Source: Hyphomicrobiales bacterium
GTDB lineage: Bacteria; Bacteroidota; Bacteroidia; Bacteroidales; JBGRPZ01
Assembly (NCBI GenBank): GCA_041725915.1
Contig: JBGRPZ010000002.1
Location: forward strand, 8,593-72,592
Length of the DNA: 64,000 bases
Direction: 5' to 3'
Below are positions 1 through 9,793 of the stretch, one piece after another. The notes beneath the pieces are model-generated. The model was given only the letters and a program-made list of their open reading frames with translations, was not told where the DNA came from and did no database searches. The translations under genes and the position numbers were made by a program. The first letter of the stretch is position 1. Every line of letters starts with the position of its first letter.

Positions 1-312
1 CCTGTTCCTGAAATCCAAAGAGTATTTGATGAGTTTAGTAAAGCTGAGAATATTCTAATGAAAGGAGGTATTACCGTTATAAAGGGATCTTCATTCAGAC
101 TGAAAAAAGATGAAAGCATTCAGATTATCCTTCTTGATACTGATGGTAATAGCCATGAAATGGACAAAGTCAATTTTGATTCTGATAATTATATAAGATT
201 CTGTGTAGATAAGTCATTACCAATAGGGGATTATAAATTAATGCTTATCAAAAACACAAATAATGAAACTCCTGCGATTCGATTCGGGAATGATGTCACT
301 GTAAAGGAATAG
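1..312 (+). CDS. 3' part of a DUF4469-like protein (Ig-like C-terminal domain found on Bacteroidota HU-related proteins); the 5' end lies outside the window
   Basis: Frame 1 is open from base 1 to TAG 310-312. The tail (LPIGDYKLMLIKN...VTVKE) parallels the tail of the 32622-33350 product (LTPGTYKVHFVS...KVIVK). The family name is from memory and was not searched. Confidence 0.5.
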   Translation, partial: PVPEIQRVFDEFSKAENILMKGGITVIKGSSFRLKKDESIQIILLDTDGNSHEMDKVNFDSDNYIRFCVDKSLPIGDYKLMLIKNTNNETPAIRFGNDVTVKE

Positions 313-346
313 TAATCCTAATTTTAGCAAACTCCTAATTATTACT

Positions 347-382
347 AAGCATCTGTCATATAACTTGGCAGGTGCTTTTTTA
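347..382 (+). terminator. rho-independent terminator
   Basis: AAGCATCTG-N13-CAGGTGCTT stem (one G-U pair) followed by a T-run, about 35 nt after the stop codon. Confidence 0.6.
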
Positions 383-453
383 ATGTCTTCTCTTATTTTA
401 ATTCTATTTAAAAACTCTCCTTAAATCTTTCTTTTATATTAGAAATAAATTCT

Positions 454-530
454 GTCGGGCTTAAAAGTAAAAAGAAGCCCGACAAAAGTAATTTTAAGCT
501 CGAAGGTATTTGTTTTAAGCCCGAGGAAAT
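454..530 (+). repeat. Copy A of a dispersed AAGCnCGA short-repeat array
   Basis: Hairpin GTCGGGCTT-N12-AAGCCCGAC. AAGC(C/T)CGA units start at about 475, 496 and 517 (period 21). About 75 percent identical over about 53 nt to the array at 50876-50955. Confidence 0.6.
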
Positions 531-684
531 TTAATCTCATTATTTTGATGATGTATATATCATATAATTTTTTCTGTAAGTATTATCTCATGGTATTTAT
601 ATGCACAAGGGGTGATTTGAGGATAAAATATTTATAATATATTTCATTCATTCAATGAAATAAGGGAAAAATGAAACAGTTTTT

Positions 685-692
685 TAAATTTG
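685..692 (+). promoter_or_regulatory. candidate Bacteroidota sigma-A -7 box (TAnnTTTG)
   Basis: TAAATTTG lies 29 nt upstream of ATG 721. An 8-bp inverted repeat ATTTCATT-N5-AATGAAAT sits at 641-661. Confidence 0.4.
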
Positions 693-720
693 TTGAGAAT
701 TTATAAAATCCAAACAAGAA

Positions 721-1695
721 ATGGCAAAAATATTAGGTATTGGTAATGCCTTGGTCGATGTGATGACCAGATTAGAAGATGATGCATTATTAGAAAAGCT
801 GGATCTTCCTAAAGGCAGCATGCAATTAGTAGATGAGACCAGAGTTCTAGCGGTTGAGGAAGCATGTCAACAATTAGAAAGAAGTTTAGCATCTGGTGGA
901 TCTGCTGCCAATACAATACACGGTCTTGCGAATCTAGGGGTAGACTCAGCCTTTATAGGAAAAGTAGGGAAAGACAAATTGGGTAAATTCTTTGAGGACC
1001 ATCTTGAGAAAAGCAGTATAAATCCAAAGCTTATTTATTCAGACAATCAGTCAGGGCGAGCAGTAGCACTGGTAAGTAAGGATTCAGAGAGAACATTTGC
1101 TACATTTTTAGGAGCAGCGGTTGAGTTATCATCAGAGGATCTGTATCCAGAGATGTTTGAGGGATATGACATTCTACATGTAGAAGGGTATTTAGTTCAG
1201 AATCATGATCTATTAGAAGCTATTGTCATTCTTGCAAAGAACGAAGACCTAAAGATCTCCTTAGACTTAGCAAGTTTCAATGTTGTAGAAGACAATCTTT
1301 CATTTCTTCAGAAGATAGTAAGGGATTATGTAGACATAGTATTTGCAAACGAAGAAGAAGCAAAAGCATTTACAGGAGCTGAGCCACAAGAAGCCCTTGA
1401 GATACTTGCAAATCAAACAGACATTGCAGTTGTCAAGTTAGGGGAAAAAGGTTCTATTATCATGCACGAAGACAGGAAGTTTGGTGCAGGGATCATCAAG
1501 GCTGACTGTATTGACACAACTGCAGCGGGAGATTATTACGCAGCAGGATTCCTTTATGGATTGATAAACAATAAGACATTAGATATTTGTGGGCAAATAG
1601 GAGCTATATTATCAGGAAATGTAATAGAAGTTCTTGGTGCAAATATGGATAAAGAAAGATGGAGCAAGATTAAAGCACTTGTTGAAAAATACTAG
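721..1695 (+). CDS. PfkB-family carbohydrate/nucleoside kinase (adenosine-kinase-like)
   Basis: 324 aa. N-terminal GIGNALVDV, a GG dipeptide region (SGGSAANT) and a C-terminal DTTAAGDYYAAGFLYG anion-hole motif are typical of ribokinase/PfkB enzymes. Confidence 0.85.
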   Translation: MAKILGIGNALVDVMTRLEDDALLEKLDLPKGSMQLVDETRVLAVEEACQQLERSLASGGSAANTIHGLANLGVDSAFIGKVGKDKLGKFFEDHLEKSSINPKLIYSDNQSGRAVALVSKDSERTFATFLGAAVELSSEDLYPEMFEGYDILHVEGYLVQNHDLLEAIVILAKNEDLKISLDLASFNVVEDNLSFLQKIVRDYVDIVFANEEEAKAFTGAEPQEALEILANQTDIAVVKLGEKGSIIMHEDRKFGAGIIKADCIDTTAAGDYYAAGFLYGLINNKTLDICGQIGAILSGNVIEVLGANMDKERWSKIKALVEKY

Positions 1696-1918
1696 CATTT
1701 TATCCTTTTATAAGAAAAATTTAACAAGGCAAATCCATGGGGTTTGCCTTCTTTTTAAACCCTCTGTAACACAGTCACTATACCTATTAAGATTACTTAT
1801 AAACCTAGATGGTTGGTTTTAAGTTATTTTTAAAGAAGCTTCCATTTATATTTAGATTTTATTACATTTGCTTTCTTTTGATTTAAGCTAGATATAAAAT
1901 TTTTAAAGACATTATAAA

Positions 1919-4057
1919 ATGAAGGTATATCAAACACAAGACATCCGAAACATTGCTCTTGTTGGAGGTGGTAAGAGTGGTAAGACCACTCTTGCAGAAG
2001 CGATGGCCTATGAAGGTAAAGTCATAAGCCGTAGAGGTACTATTGATGACAAAAATACCCTATCTGATTACCGTGAAATCGAGCAAGATCGTGAGAATTC
2101 TGTAGTTTCTTCGCTTCTATACTCAGAATTTGATGGCAAGAAGATTAACATCATCGATACTCCGGGTTTTGCAGACTTTGTAGGTGAAGTAGTTTCTGCC
2201 CTTCATGTAGTAAATACTGTAGGAATGGTTGTTAACGCCCAAGGTGGTGTTGACGTGGGTACTGAGCTTGCATGGAGAAATGCAGAGAAGCTTAACAAAG
2301 GAGTTTTCTTTGTATTGAATCAGATGGATCATGAGAAGGCGAACTTCGACGAAGCTATTCGTTCTCTTAAAGAAGAATTTGGTTCAAAAGTAACAGTAAC
2401 ACAGTATCCAGTAAATACAGGAGAAGACTTTGATTCAATCGTTGATTTGATTGAGATGAAGTTATTGAAATTCCCTAAAGGTGGTGGAGTAGCAGAGATA
2501 ACAGAAATTCCTGCCGACCAGAAAGACAAAGCCGAAGAGCTTCAGCTTGCACTTATTGAGAATGCAGCAGAAGGATCAGAAGAGCTTATGGAGGCCTTCT
2601 TCGAAACAGATACACTTACACCTGATCAGGTAAGAGAAGGTATCAGACTAGGTCTTACAAATCGTGCTATCTTCCCATTGCTATGTACATCAGCCAAAGA
2701 ATGTGTAGCAGTAACACGTCTTCTTGAGTTTATCAACAAGAATGTTCCTTCACCAGATATGATGCCAGATGTAAAGACTACAGACGGCAAAGAAGTTAAA
2801 GTTGATTCTAATGGCCCTGCAGGTTTATTTGTATGGAAAGCGGCAATAGAGCAACACTTAGGCGAAGTAACCTTCTTTAAAGTGATGAGTGGTAAGATCA
2901 CTGAAGGTATGGACTTAGAGAATAGTAGAACAGGAAATAAAGAAAGAATTACACAGATTAATATCACTGCAGGTAAGAACCGTCAGAAAGTAAGTGAGGT
3001 TGTTGCAGGAGATATCGCTTCTACTATTAAGCTTAAAGATACTGTTACAAATGACAGTTTATTAGATCCGAAAGCACCATTTGGTGGATTCAACAAGATT
3101 GTTTATCCAGATCCTATTTTCACAATAGCAATTAAGCCTAAAGCTTCATCAGATGAAGAGAAGATGGGTGGTATTCTTAAGGAAATGGTTAAATACGATC
3201 CATCACTACATATAACATCATCAAGAGAATTACGTCAGAATATCCTTGAAGGTATGGGAGAATTCCATATCAATACAGTAAAATGGTATTTTGACAATGT
3301 ATATAAAATAGAGATAGAATTCCTTAAGCCAAAGATTGCTTATCGTGAGACTATCACTAAGTCTGCAAGAGCAAACTATCGTCATAAGAAGCAATCAGGA
3401 GGATCAGGACAATTTGGTGAAGTGTATATGCATATTCAGCCATATCATGAAGGAATGGCAGATCCTACAGACTTCCCAGTAAGAGGTAAAGAAGAGCACG
3501 AACTTCCTTGGGGAGGTAAATTGATCTTCCATAACTGTATTGTTGGTGGAGCTATTGATGCACGTTTCATGCCTGCAATCCTTAAGGGAATTATGGAAAG
3601 AATAGAGATTGGTCCATTGACAGGTTCATATGCACGAGACATTGCTGTTTATGTCTATGATGGAAAGATGCACCCAGTAGATTCAAATGAAATTTCATTT
3701 AAGCTTGCTGGTCGTCATTCATTTATTGATGCATTTAAGAACGCAGGGGCTAAGATTCTTGAGCCTATCTGCAACTTTGAAGTAAGAGTGCCAGAAGATA
3801 TGATGGGTTCAGTAATGACAGACCTTCAGAATAGAAGATCAATCATTATGGGAATGGAAGGCGATGGTAAGATGCAAATTATCAAAGCTAAAGTTCCACA
3901 AGCAGAGCTTTATAAGTATTCAACATCACTAAGCTCTATGACTTCTGGTCGTGGTTTGTTTAGTTATAAGTTTGACGAATACGCTCCTGTTCCTTCAGAT
4001 GTGCAAGATCAACTTCTTAAAGAATACGAAGAACAACAAGCTGAAGAAGAAAATTAA
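1919..4057 (+). CDS. Elongation factor G family GTPase (EF-G paralog)
   Basis: 712 aa. G1 is GGGKSGKT, G3 is DTPGFADF and G4 is NQMD. Domain IV/V-like C-terminus. The P-loop lacks the usual AHxDAGKT form, as in EF-G2-type paralogs. Confidence 0.9.
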   Translation: MKVYQTQDIRNIALVGGGKSGKTTLAEAMAYEGKVISRRGTIDDKNTLSDYREIEQDRENSVVSSLLYSEFDGKKINIIDTPGFADFVGEVVSALHVVNTVGMVVNAQGGVDVGTELAWRNAEKLNKGVFFVLNQMDHEKANFDEAIRSLKEEFGSKVTVTQYPVNTGEDFDSIVDLIEMKLLKFPKGGGVAEITEIPADQKDKAEELQLALIENAAEGSEELMEAFFETDTLTPDQVREGIRLGLTNRAIFPLLCTSAKECVAVTRLLEFINKNVPSPDMMPDVKTTDGKEVKVDSNGPAGLFVWKAAIEQHLGEVTFFKVMSGKITEGMDLENSRTGNKERITQINITAGKNRQKVSEVVAGDIASTIKLKDTVTNDSLLDPKAPFGGFNKIVYPDPIFTIAIKPKASSDEEKMGGILKEMVKYDPSLHITSSRELRQNILEGMGEFHINTVKWYFDNVYKIEIEFLKPKIAYRETITKSARANYRHKKQSGGSGQFGEVYMHIQPYHEGMADPTDFPVRGKEEHELPWGGKLIFHNCIVGGAIDARFMPAILKGIMERIEIGPLTGSYARDIAVYVYDGKMHPVDSNEISFKLAGRHSFIDAFKNAGAKILEPICNFEVRVPEDMMGSVMTDLQNRRSIIMGMEGDGKMQIIKAKVPQAELYKYSTSLSSMTSGRGLFSYKFDEYAPVPSDVQDQLLKEYEEQQAEEEN

Positions 4058-4078
4058 TTTTTAATATATATTGGTTAT

Positions 4079-4110
4079 AGGGGGCTGCTCAAGAGGGCGG
4101 CTCTTTTTTT
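4079..4110 (+). terminator. rho-independent terminator (twin of 6244-6275)
   Basis: GGGGCTGCT-CAAGA-GGGCGGCTCT hairpin (with G-U pairs) followed by T7, 22 nt after the EF-G stop codon. Confidence 0.7.
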
Positions 4111-4357
4111 GTGAAGTAATTTAAGGGTTATCAACATACTTATTTAACCTTTTTCCATAAAAGAAGCATTAAAAGCATTAAAAAAACATCCCTTTTCTGT
4201 AAATACTCAAATCCCTTAAATCCAATATCTTTAGACATACTCTGCCTTTAAAATAACCTACCAAGTATATACCTCTATCATTGACTGCATATTTTTTTCA
4301 GCCTATACGCCTTATTTCGCCCTACTTTAAACAAATATCATTAATTATAAAAAAGGC

Positions 4358-6193
4358 ATGAACTATACAAAAAACGCTCTATTTACTCTATCTTTAGTAC
4401 TATTCAGCATTAAGGCATTTTCACAAGAAACAGACTCTACGAACTATTATTATTGTAAGATTTGGGGACTTACAAAGTATTACAGTAAAGAATCAGCAAA
4501 GAGCAAAACATTTGCAGATGATTTGTTCTATAAATATTGGGAAGGCTATCAGAAGGTTAACACAAAAGATGAGTTTAACCAGTTTATAGGGAAGTATTTA
4601 AGTCACTTTAAAATAAAAAAGGAATATACAAATCCTGATATAAAAGATTTCAAGCTAGCAAATATAAATAGCTTTTCGAAGCTCTCAGATACTACAAAAT
4701 ACAGATCAATAATTGACTTTAATTGGATCAATAGCCCTTATATATCTAATGATAACCAAAAGAGGCTTATAGGGCTACTATATTCATATAAGGCAAGAAA
4801 AAGAAAGTTTATCAAATCAAATCTTATTGGTTATACCAGACATAAAGAACCAATAATATCTGACAGTGCAAGTCAGGAAAACTTTCATCTATCATTCTTT
4901 AGATATTGGAATTGGATTGAATATTATTTCCCTCATAAAAACATTATGACAACAAAATGGGATAATGCCTTATTCCAAATAAAAGAAATTAAAACTCACA
5001 AAACATTAAAGGATTATTATTTATTTCTGGAAACAATTTGTGCATATCTGGAGGATGGTCATGCTTTTCTTTCTAATAAGATAGACATTAATGAAACAAA
5101 TTATTCCTTCCCAATAGCCATAAAAAAATATAAGAATATCTATTATGTATCAGATACAGCTTTCACTAGATATGATCAAATTAACCTAAGTAATCATAAT
5201 CTACAAATTGGTGATACTGTACTTAAAATAAATGGTATTGACACAAGAAAGTGGGTAAATAATAAGCTGAAACACTTACCTCTTACTAGAAAAGAAGATA
5301 TTAATATAAATAGCTTTTCAAACTTATTTATTACATGTAAAGACAATAGTGATACCCTTGTGAGTATCACTATAAAACGAGGAAACTCTACAAAAACCAA
5401 AAAGGTCAAAGCTATTAATCATAAAGACTTACAAGATTCAGGATTAGAAAATAATCTTGAAAATTGGCTTTCGATGTGGTATACAAAAGAGACTCCTTAT
5501 AAAAGAAACTATTATGAAGATAAGGATCTGATTTATTATAATACAGCGTGGTCAAAAAAAGAGGATATAGAAGAAATATTGGCAAAAGCCAATAGTAAGA
5601 AATATTTAATTCTTGATACCAGACCCAGAATTCATAATAATATATTCATTATTCTAGCTAAATATCTTGGCAATAAGCCAAAGAAAGTAGCAGATACATG
5701 GGTGCCAGAAGAGAGGTTTCCGGGATTTTATAAAAAAAGCAAATATAACTTCTGCTATTACTATGAAAACTCATTTTCATTTATATTAAAATCTATTTTC
5801 ATTGGCCTTCAGGACAACAAGTTATTTCCAGTATCAAAGAAAAAGCAATTGAAATGTAAGATAGCAATCATTACAGATGTCAATCTAATGTCATTTTCTG
5901 AGACCTTTTGTATGATGGTAAAAGCTTATTGTCCGGAAGCTATATTTATTGGAGAACAGACAGTTGGTAGCACAGGAGATATTGCCACTTTAAAGTTAAA
6001 TGGTTTTGACACTGATATAACATCTTTATACTTTGAATATCCAGATGGTAAAAGATTTCAAAAGATAGGAATCGTACCTGATTACAAAATCGAAACTCCA
6101 CTTTCCGTTGAGCAAAAAGAAAGAGCCGCCAAGTTTACGTATATAAGAGATCAGGCTATCGAAATATGCAAGAAACTTATTAAGAATAAGTAG
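4358..6193 (+). CDS. Secreted S41-like (tail-specific/tricorn-core type) peptidase family protein
   Basis: 611 aa with a signal peptide (LVLFSIKAFSQE). PDZ-like IGDTVLKINGID. C-terminal ITDVNLMSFSETF...IGEQTVGSTG resembles the S41 Ser region. Assignment is by motif only. Confidence 0.55.
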   Translation: MNYTKNALFTLSLVLFSIKAFSQETDSTNYYYCKIWGLTKYYSKESAKSKTFADDLFYKYWEGYQKVNTKDEFNQFIGKYLSHFKIKKEYTNPDIKDFKLANINSFSKLSDTTKYRSIIDFNWINSPYISNDNQKRLIGLLYSYKARKRKFIKSNLIGYTRHKEPIISDSASQENFHLSFFRYWNWIEYYFPHKNIMTTKWDNALFQIKEIKTHKTLKDYYLFLETICAYLEDGHAFLSNKIDINETNYSFPIAIKKYKNIYYVSDTAFTRYDQINLSNHNLQIGDTVLKINGIDTRKWVNNKLKHLPLTRKEDININSFSNLFITCKDNSDTLVSITIKRGNSTKTKKVKAINHKDLQDSGLENNLENWLSMWYTKETPYKRNYYEDKDLIYYNTAWSKKEDIEEILAKANSKKYLILDTRPRIHNNIFIILAKYLGNKPKKVADTWVPEERFPGFYKKSKYNFCYYYENSFSFILKSIFIGLQDNKLFPVSKKKQLKCKIAIITDVNLMSFSETFCMMVKAYCPEAIFIGEQTVGSTGDIATLKLNGFDTDITSLYFEYPDGKRFQKIGIVPDYKIETPLSVEQKERAAKFTYIRDQAIEICKKLIKNK

Positions 6194-6243
6194 ACATATA
6201 TGATAAGCCTTTAGTAACAATTAGCAAACACTAAATTAATTAT

Positions 6244-6275
6244 AGAGAGCTACTCAAGAGGGCGGCTCTTTTTTT
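6244..6275 (+). terminator. rho-independent terminator (twin of 4079-4110)
   Basis: AGAGCTACT-CAAGA-GGGCGGCTCT followed by T7, 51 nt after the stop codon at 6193. Confidence 0.65.
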
Positions 6276-6304
6276 GTTTATTTACACAAATAAACATAGT
6301 CGAT

Positions 6305-6751
6305 ATGAATAATGAAACAAGAATTACAAATTGGATCAACAACAACTTATCAGAGCTATCACAACTAGAGGATAATAAAGGAATTGATATTATGCATCAT
6401 TGTGGGGCAAAATGCTGTGAAGCATCAGTGCTTTATAATGGAGCATGCAAGATAAAAGATCAATTCGAGCATGAAACAAATACAGATATTATATTTGATG
6501 CATTCAAAAAAGCATATTACGACTCTGATAACTTCAGAAAAGATAAAGATGTAATTATATTAATATTTGAGAAATGCACTTGCCCAATGGCAAAACAAGG
6601 AGTAGACAACCCATTTCTATGCAATTGCACTGTTGGATATTCTTATAAAATATTTGAAACTCTTTTCCAAAAGAAAGTAAAGGTAGATTTAGAGACATCA
6701 ATATTAAATGGTCAAACAGTCTGCAAACAAAGAATAGAAATATTATCATGA
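6305..6751 (+). CDS. Cys-rich hypothetical protein (possible metal-binding)
   Basis: 148 aa with HHCGAKCCE, CTCPMAK and CNC motifs. The ORF lies between two terminators. No family recognised. Confidence 0.5.
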   Translation: MNNETRITNWINNNLSELSQLEDNKGIDIMHHCGAKCCEASVLYNGACKIKDQFEHETNTDIIFDAFKKAYYDSDNFRKDKDVIILIFEKCTCPMAKQGVDNPFLCNCTVGYSYKIFETLFQKKVKVDLETSILNGQTVCKQRIEILS

Positions 6752-6761
6752 TAATATAACT

Positions 6762-6798
6762 AATTGAGCCACCTTCAAAGTTAGAAAGCGGCTCAATT
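6762..6798. terminator. bidirectional terminator hairpin between convergent genes
   Basis: AATTGAGCC-N19-GGCTCAATT lies between stop 6751 (+) and stop 6834 (-). Confidence 0.6.
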
Positions 6799-6833
6799 AA
6801 TTCTTTTCATTCAAGTTTACCATCAATAAACTT

Positions 6834-9527
6834 TTATTTCATCACCTTAAAGGCCTGTTGACTTCCATTAGCCTCAAGTCTTATAATATAATTACCAGAA
6901 TTAAGATCTTGAGTAGAAAGAATAATTCTTTGATCACCAGAAGGCATATCATAGAAATCAGGAGTCATTTGTAGACTTCCTTTCATATCGAACACAGATA
7001 TTTTAATGTTCGTTGGTTTCTTCAGGTTCAGATCAATATTAAGTATATCCTTCATAGGTACAGGATAATAGCTATCAATCAAGAAATTATTCTCTGATTC
7101 CCGTTCATCAATTCCAGTAAGGCCTTTGTACTTTGCCTGATAAACTCCGCTTCCATGAGTACCGGCAATCATAACGCCATCCGATCTAACTCTCATTTGA
7201 CTCACAATAGAATTACCTACAGAAGAGATGCCTTGTTTTTCCCATACAATATCAGAACTGGAAATATCACTTGTAGCATATATTCCAACACTAGTACCAA
7301 CAAAGTAAGCATATTCATCATCATCAGAAGAAACAATATTACCCCATCTTACACTAGGTCCTAAAGAATTAGGATCATCAAGATTTCCACCAATATGATC
7401 AAAGGTAGCACCACCATCCTTACTGAGGTATATACTGTTGATATTATAGTTTGAGAAAACTACCATTATATGATTAGCATCTTTTGGATCTATACAGATA
7501 GAACTTATATAAGCGTTTTCAGGAAAATTGGAAGCAGTAATATCTTCCTTTACAATATCAGGAAGATGAGCATTCTTCACCCTAAAAAGTCGGCTATCCT
7601 GAGTACCAAATAAAAGTATATTCGCAGGTGTTGTAGAAACAGTAACCGCAGTAATAAATGTGTTTGTATAAGTCAATAATAGCTGTTCCCAAGCATTAAC
7701 AACATCTGCTGACTCAAGCATAAGATTTCTATAGATAAAATATGTACCTATATAATACATAATGTTACTATTATTAGGATCCAGAACATAAGGGTTGACA
7801 AACAGTGCAGCCGCAACATTAGGTCTTATTAGACTATAGTTAGTTTCAGAACTCCCAACTTTAGCCTGCATCAAATGCCCAAACTGAGTAGAAACATAAT
7901 AATATTGAGCACCATCAGCCACTTCACAAAAAGCACCATCACCAGAGATAGGCAAAGGACTCCAATCATCGGCTTCAGACTTCAATGTTGATGCGTATAA
8001 TCCTCTATCCTGCAAACCTCCAACAATAAAAGGCTGACTATTATTCACATCTTTATCAAAAGCAACAGAGTAGAATTGTCCAGTAGCATAGTTGGTGTTT
8101 AGAGATATCCACGTAGGTTCAGCAACAGTTACATCATCAATATATCTAACACCTCCGTCACTACCTGCGTAAAGTCTCTTTGGATGAGATTTTGAGAAGA
8201 AAGTCACATGATAATCCACCCAACTATTATCATATAGAGGCAAAGGTGTATTCTCGAAATTATAACCTCCCACAACCTTCCAATCTTGAGTTGTAAAACC
8301 AGTCATTGATCTATATAAACACGTCCCTCCAATAAAAACAATATCAGGATTGTCTTCAGAAACAGCAACAGTCATATCATAAGCACCCTGACTATCATAT
8401 CCATATTGATTATCAAGTGGGATGTTAGAAGTTAAGTCCATCCAGAAATCAGAAGTAGGATTATAGGCAAATAGCATATGATCTGAAAGACCTGTACCTG
8501 GGGTGTTAGAAAGGAAATACACTTTTTTATCTTCATCAGGAGAATACGCCATAATTGTACGATCAAAAGAAGGTGGGTAAGCAATAGGAGTAATCTTTGT
8601 CCATGTCTCTCCATCATCAGACTTATAGAAACCACTCATTACAGAGTTATAACCTCCACTCAAAGAGCTGGAACTTAAAGTCGCATATAGCTTTCCTTCA
8701 GGAGTTATCAATATATCAGTAGCACGAGACATGTTATTAGAGAACTCTCCCAGTTTCAATGTCCATGTATCACCCCCATCTTCAGATTTATAGATACCTC
8801 CAACAGTAGCAACATATACAACATCTTTATCTGTGATTGTATGATCAACACAGATATTCCAGCAATATTGATAAGGTGTTTGAAGTTTTGAGGGATCACT
8901 ATTAGAGGTAGAAGGTAGAAGCTGCCATGACTCACCATTATCTGTAGACTTAAAGATTCCAGTACCACGATATGGAGCACCAGTAACAGAAGCAGAGTTC
9001 CCCAGCAGTTCACCAGTTCCATAGTACCAAACATTTGTTTTCCCTTGTCTTTTATCCTGAGCCAAGCATGAGGAACTTAAGTTTGTGGAGTTTGAAGAAG
9101 TCTTTCTCCATGTTTCACCAGCATCTATGGATTTGTACATTCCTCCGGAAACACCTCCTGCAATTAAAATATCTTCGTTAGATACATCGAAAGCAAAAGC
9201 TCTGGTTCTTCCTCCCACATTTAAAGGGCCTGCAAACTTCCAATCATAATCATAAACTATCTTATCATCATTATTTTGTGTCTTCAGTAGTTGTTTTTGT
9301 AGTTGTTCATCAGCAAATTTTAGTTCTCTGAGCCTGTAGTTATCGGGAATCTCTCCTGTATGAGGATCTTTCAACATTCTTATCTCGTATTCTACACGAG
9401 CATTAACTCCATCTACACTTCCTACTGTGTATTTATTCTCTATTACTTTTTTCTTATCAAATACAAGAAGGATTACAACAACAGCTAGAACAGCAGTAAC
9501 AAAGGTTATCAGTATCTTTCTATTCAT
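6834..9527 (-). CDS. Secreted BNR/Asp-box repeat (sortilin/xyloglucanase-like beta-propeller) protein with a T9SS C-terminal sorting domain
   Basis: 897 aa with an N-terminal TM/signal segment. Repeated SxDxGxTW boxes: SIDAGETW, STDNGESW, SEDGGDTW, SDDGETW, SKDGGATF. The C-terminal roughly 80 aa (ILNIDLNLKKPTNIKISVFDMKG...YIIRLEANGSQQAFKVMK) looks like a Por secretion tail. Confidence 0.75.
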   Translation of the reverse strand: MNRKILITFVTAVLAVVVILLVFDKKKVIENKYTVGSVDGVNARVEYEIRMLKDPHTGEIPDNYRLRELKFADEQLQKQLLKTQNNDDKIVYDYDWKFAGPLNVGGRTRAFAFDVSNEDILIAGGVSGGMYKSIDAGETWRKTSSNSTNLSSSCLAQDKRQGKTNVWYYGTGELLGNSASVTGAPYRGTGIFKSTDNGESWQLLPSTSNSDPSKLQTPYQYCWNICVDHTITDKDVVYVATVGGIYKSEDGGDTWTLKLGEFSNNMSRATDILITPEGKLYATLSSSSLSGGYNSVMSGFYKSDDGETWTKITPIAYPPSFDRTIMAYSPDEDKKVYFLSNTPGTGLSDHMLFAYNPTSDFWMDLTSNIPLDNQYGYDSQGAYDMTVAVSEDNPDIVFIGGTCLYRSMTGFTTQDWKVVGGYNFENTPLPLYDNSWVDYHVTFFSKSHPKRLYAGSDGGVRYIDDVTVAEPTWISLNTNYATGQFYSVAFDKDVNNSQPFIVGGLQDRGLYASTLKSEADDWSPLPISGDGAFCEVADGAQYYYVSTQFGHLMQAKVGSSETNYSLIRPNVAAALFVNPYVLDPNNSNIMYYIGTYFIYRNLMLESADVVNAWEQLLLTYTNTFITAVTVSTTPANILLFGTQDSRLFRVKNAHLPDIVKEDITASNFPENAYISSICIDPKDANHIMVVFSNYNINSIYLSKDGGATFDHIGGNLDDPNSLGPSVRWGNIVSSDDDEYAYFVGTSVGIYATSDISSSDIVWEKQGISSVGNSIVSQMRVRSDGVMIAGTHGSGVYQAKYKGLTGIDERESENNFLIDSYYPVPMKDILNIDLNLKKPTNIKISVFDMKGSLQMTPDFYDMPSGDQRIILSTQDLNSGNYIIRLEANGSQQAFKVMK

Positions 9528-9793
9528 AACTCATAGTTTTTTAAACAAATAGATATTTGAACAAAGTAACTGATTTTCAGGAGGTAGTACATACAAAGAT
9601 AATTGATTTAGGCAAATCAAAGCATTATAACACACTAATAATCAACCAACTTACTATAATCTCTTAAAATCTATATCTCAGGCTAGTAGTTTTGATATTA
9701 TCTAATTTTAATTTAGATTTGTTTTATACGTTAACCAGAGTACACTAGTCTAAAGGCTAAAATGCCTATTTATACATAATCCATTAGCCAAAA

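Noticed and set aside
1634-1822. 62-aa ORF overlapping the 3' end of the PfkB kinase gene
   Set aside because: It is an out-of-frame overlap with a well-supported gene and extends across a likely terminator region. No coding signal is visible.
4358-6193. Idea that the S41-like peptidase is catalytically dead because the TxGKG lysine is absent (GEQTVGSTG)
   Set aside because: Tricorn-core-type S41 members use a different dyad and often lack that lysine. This cannot be judged without an alignment.
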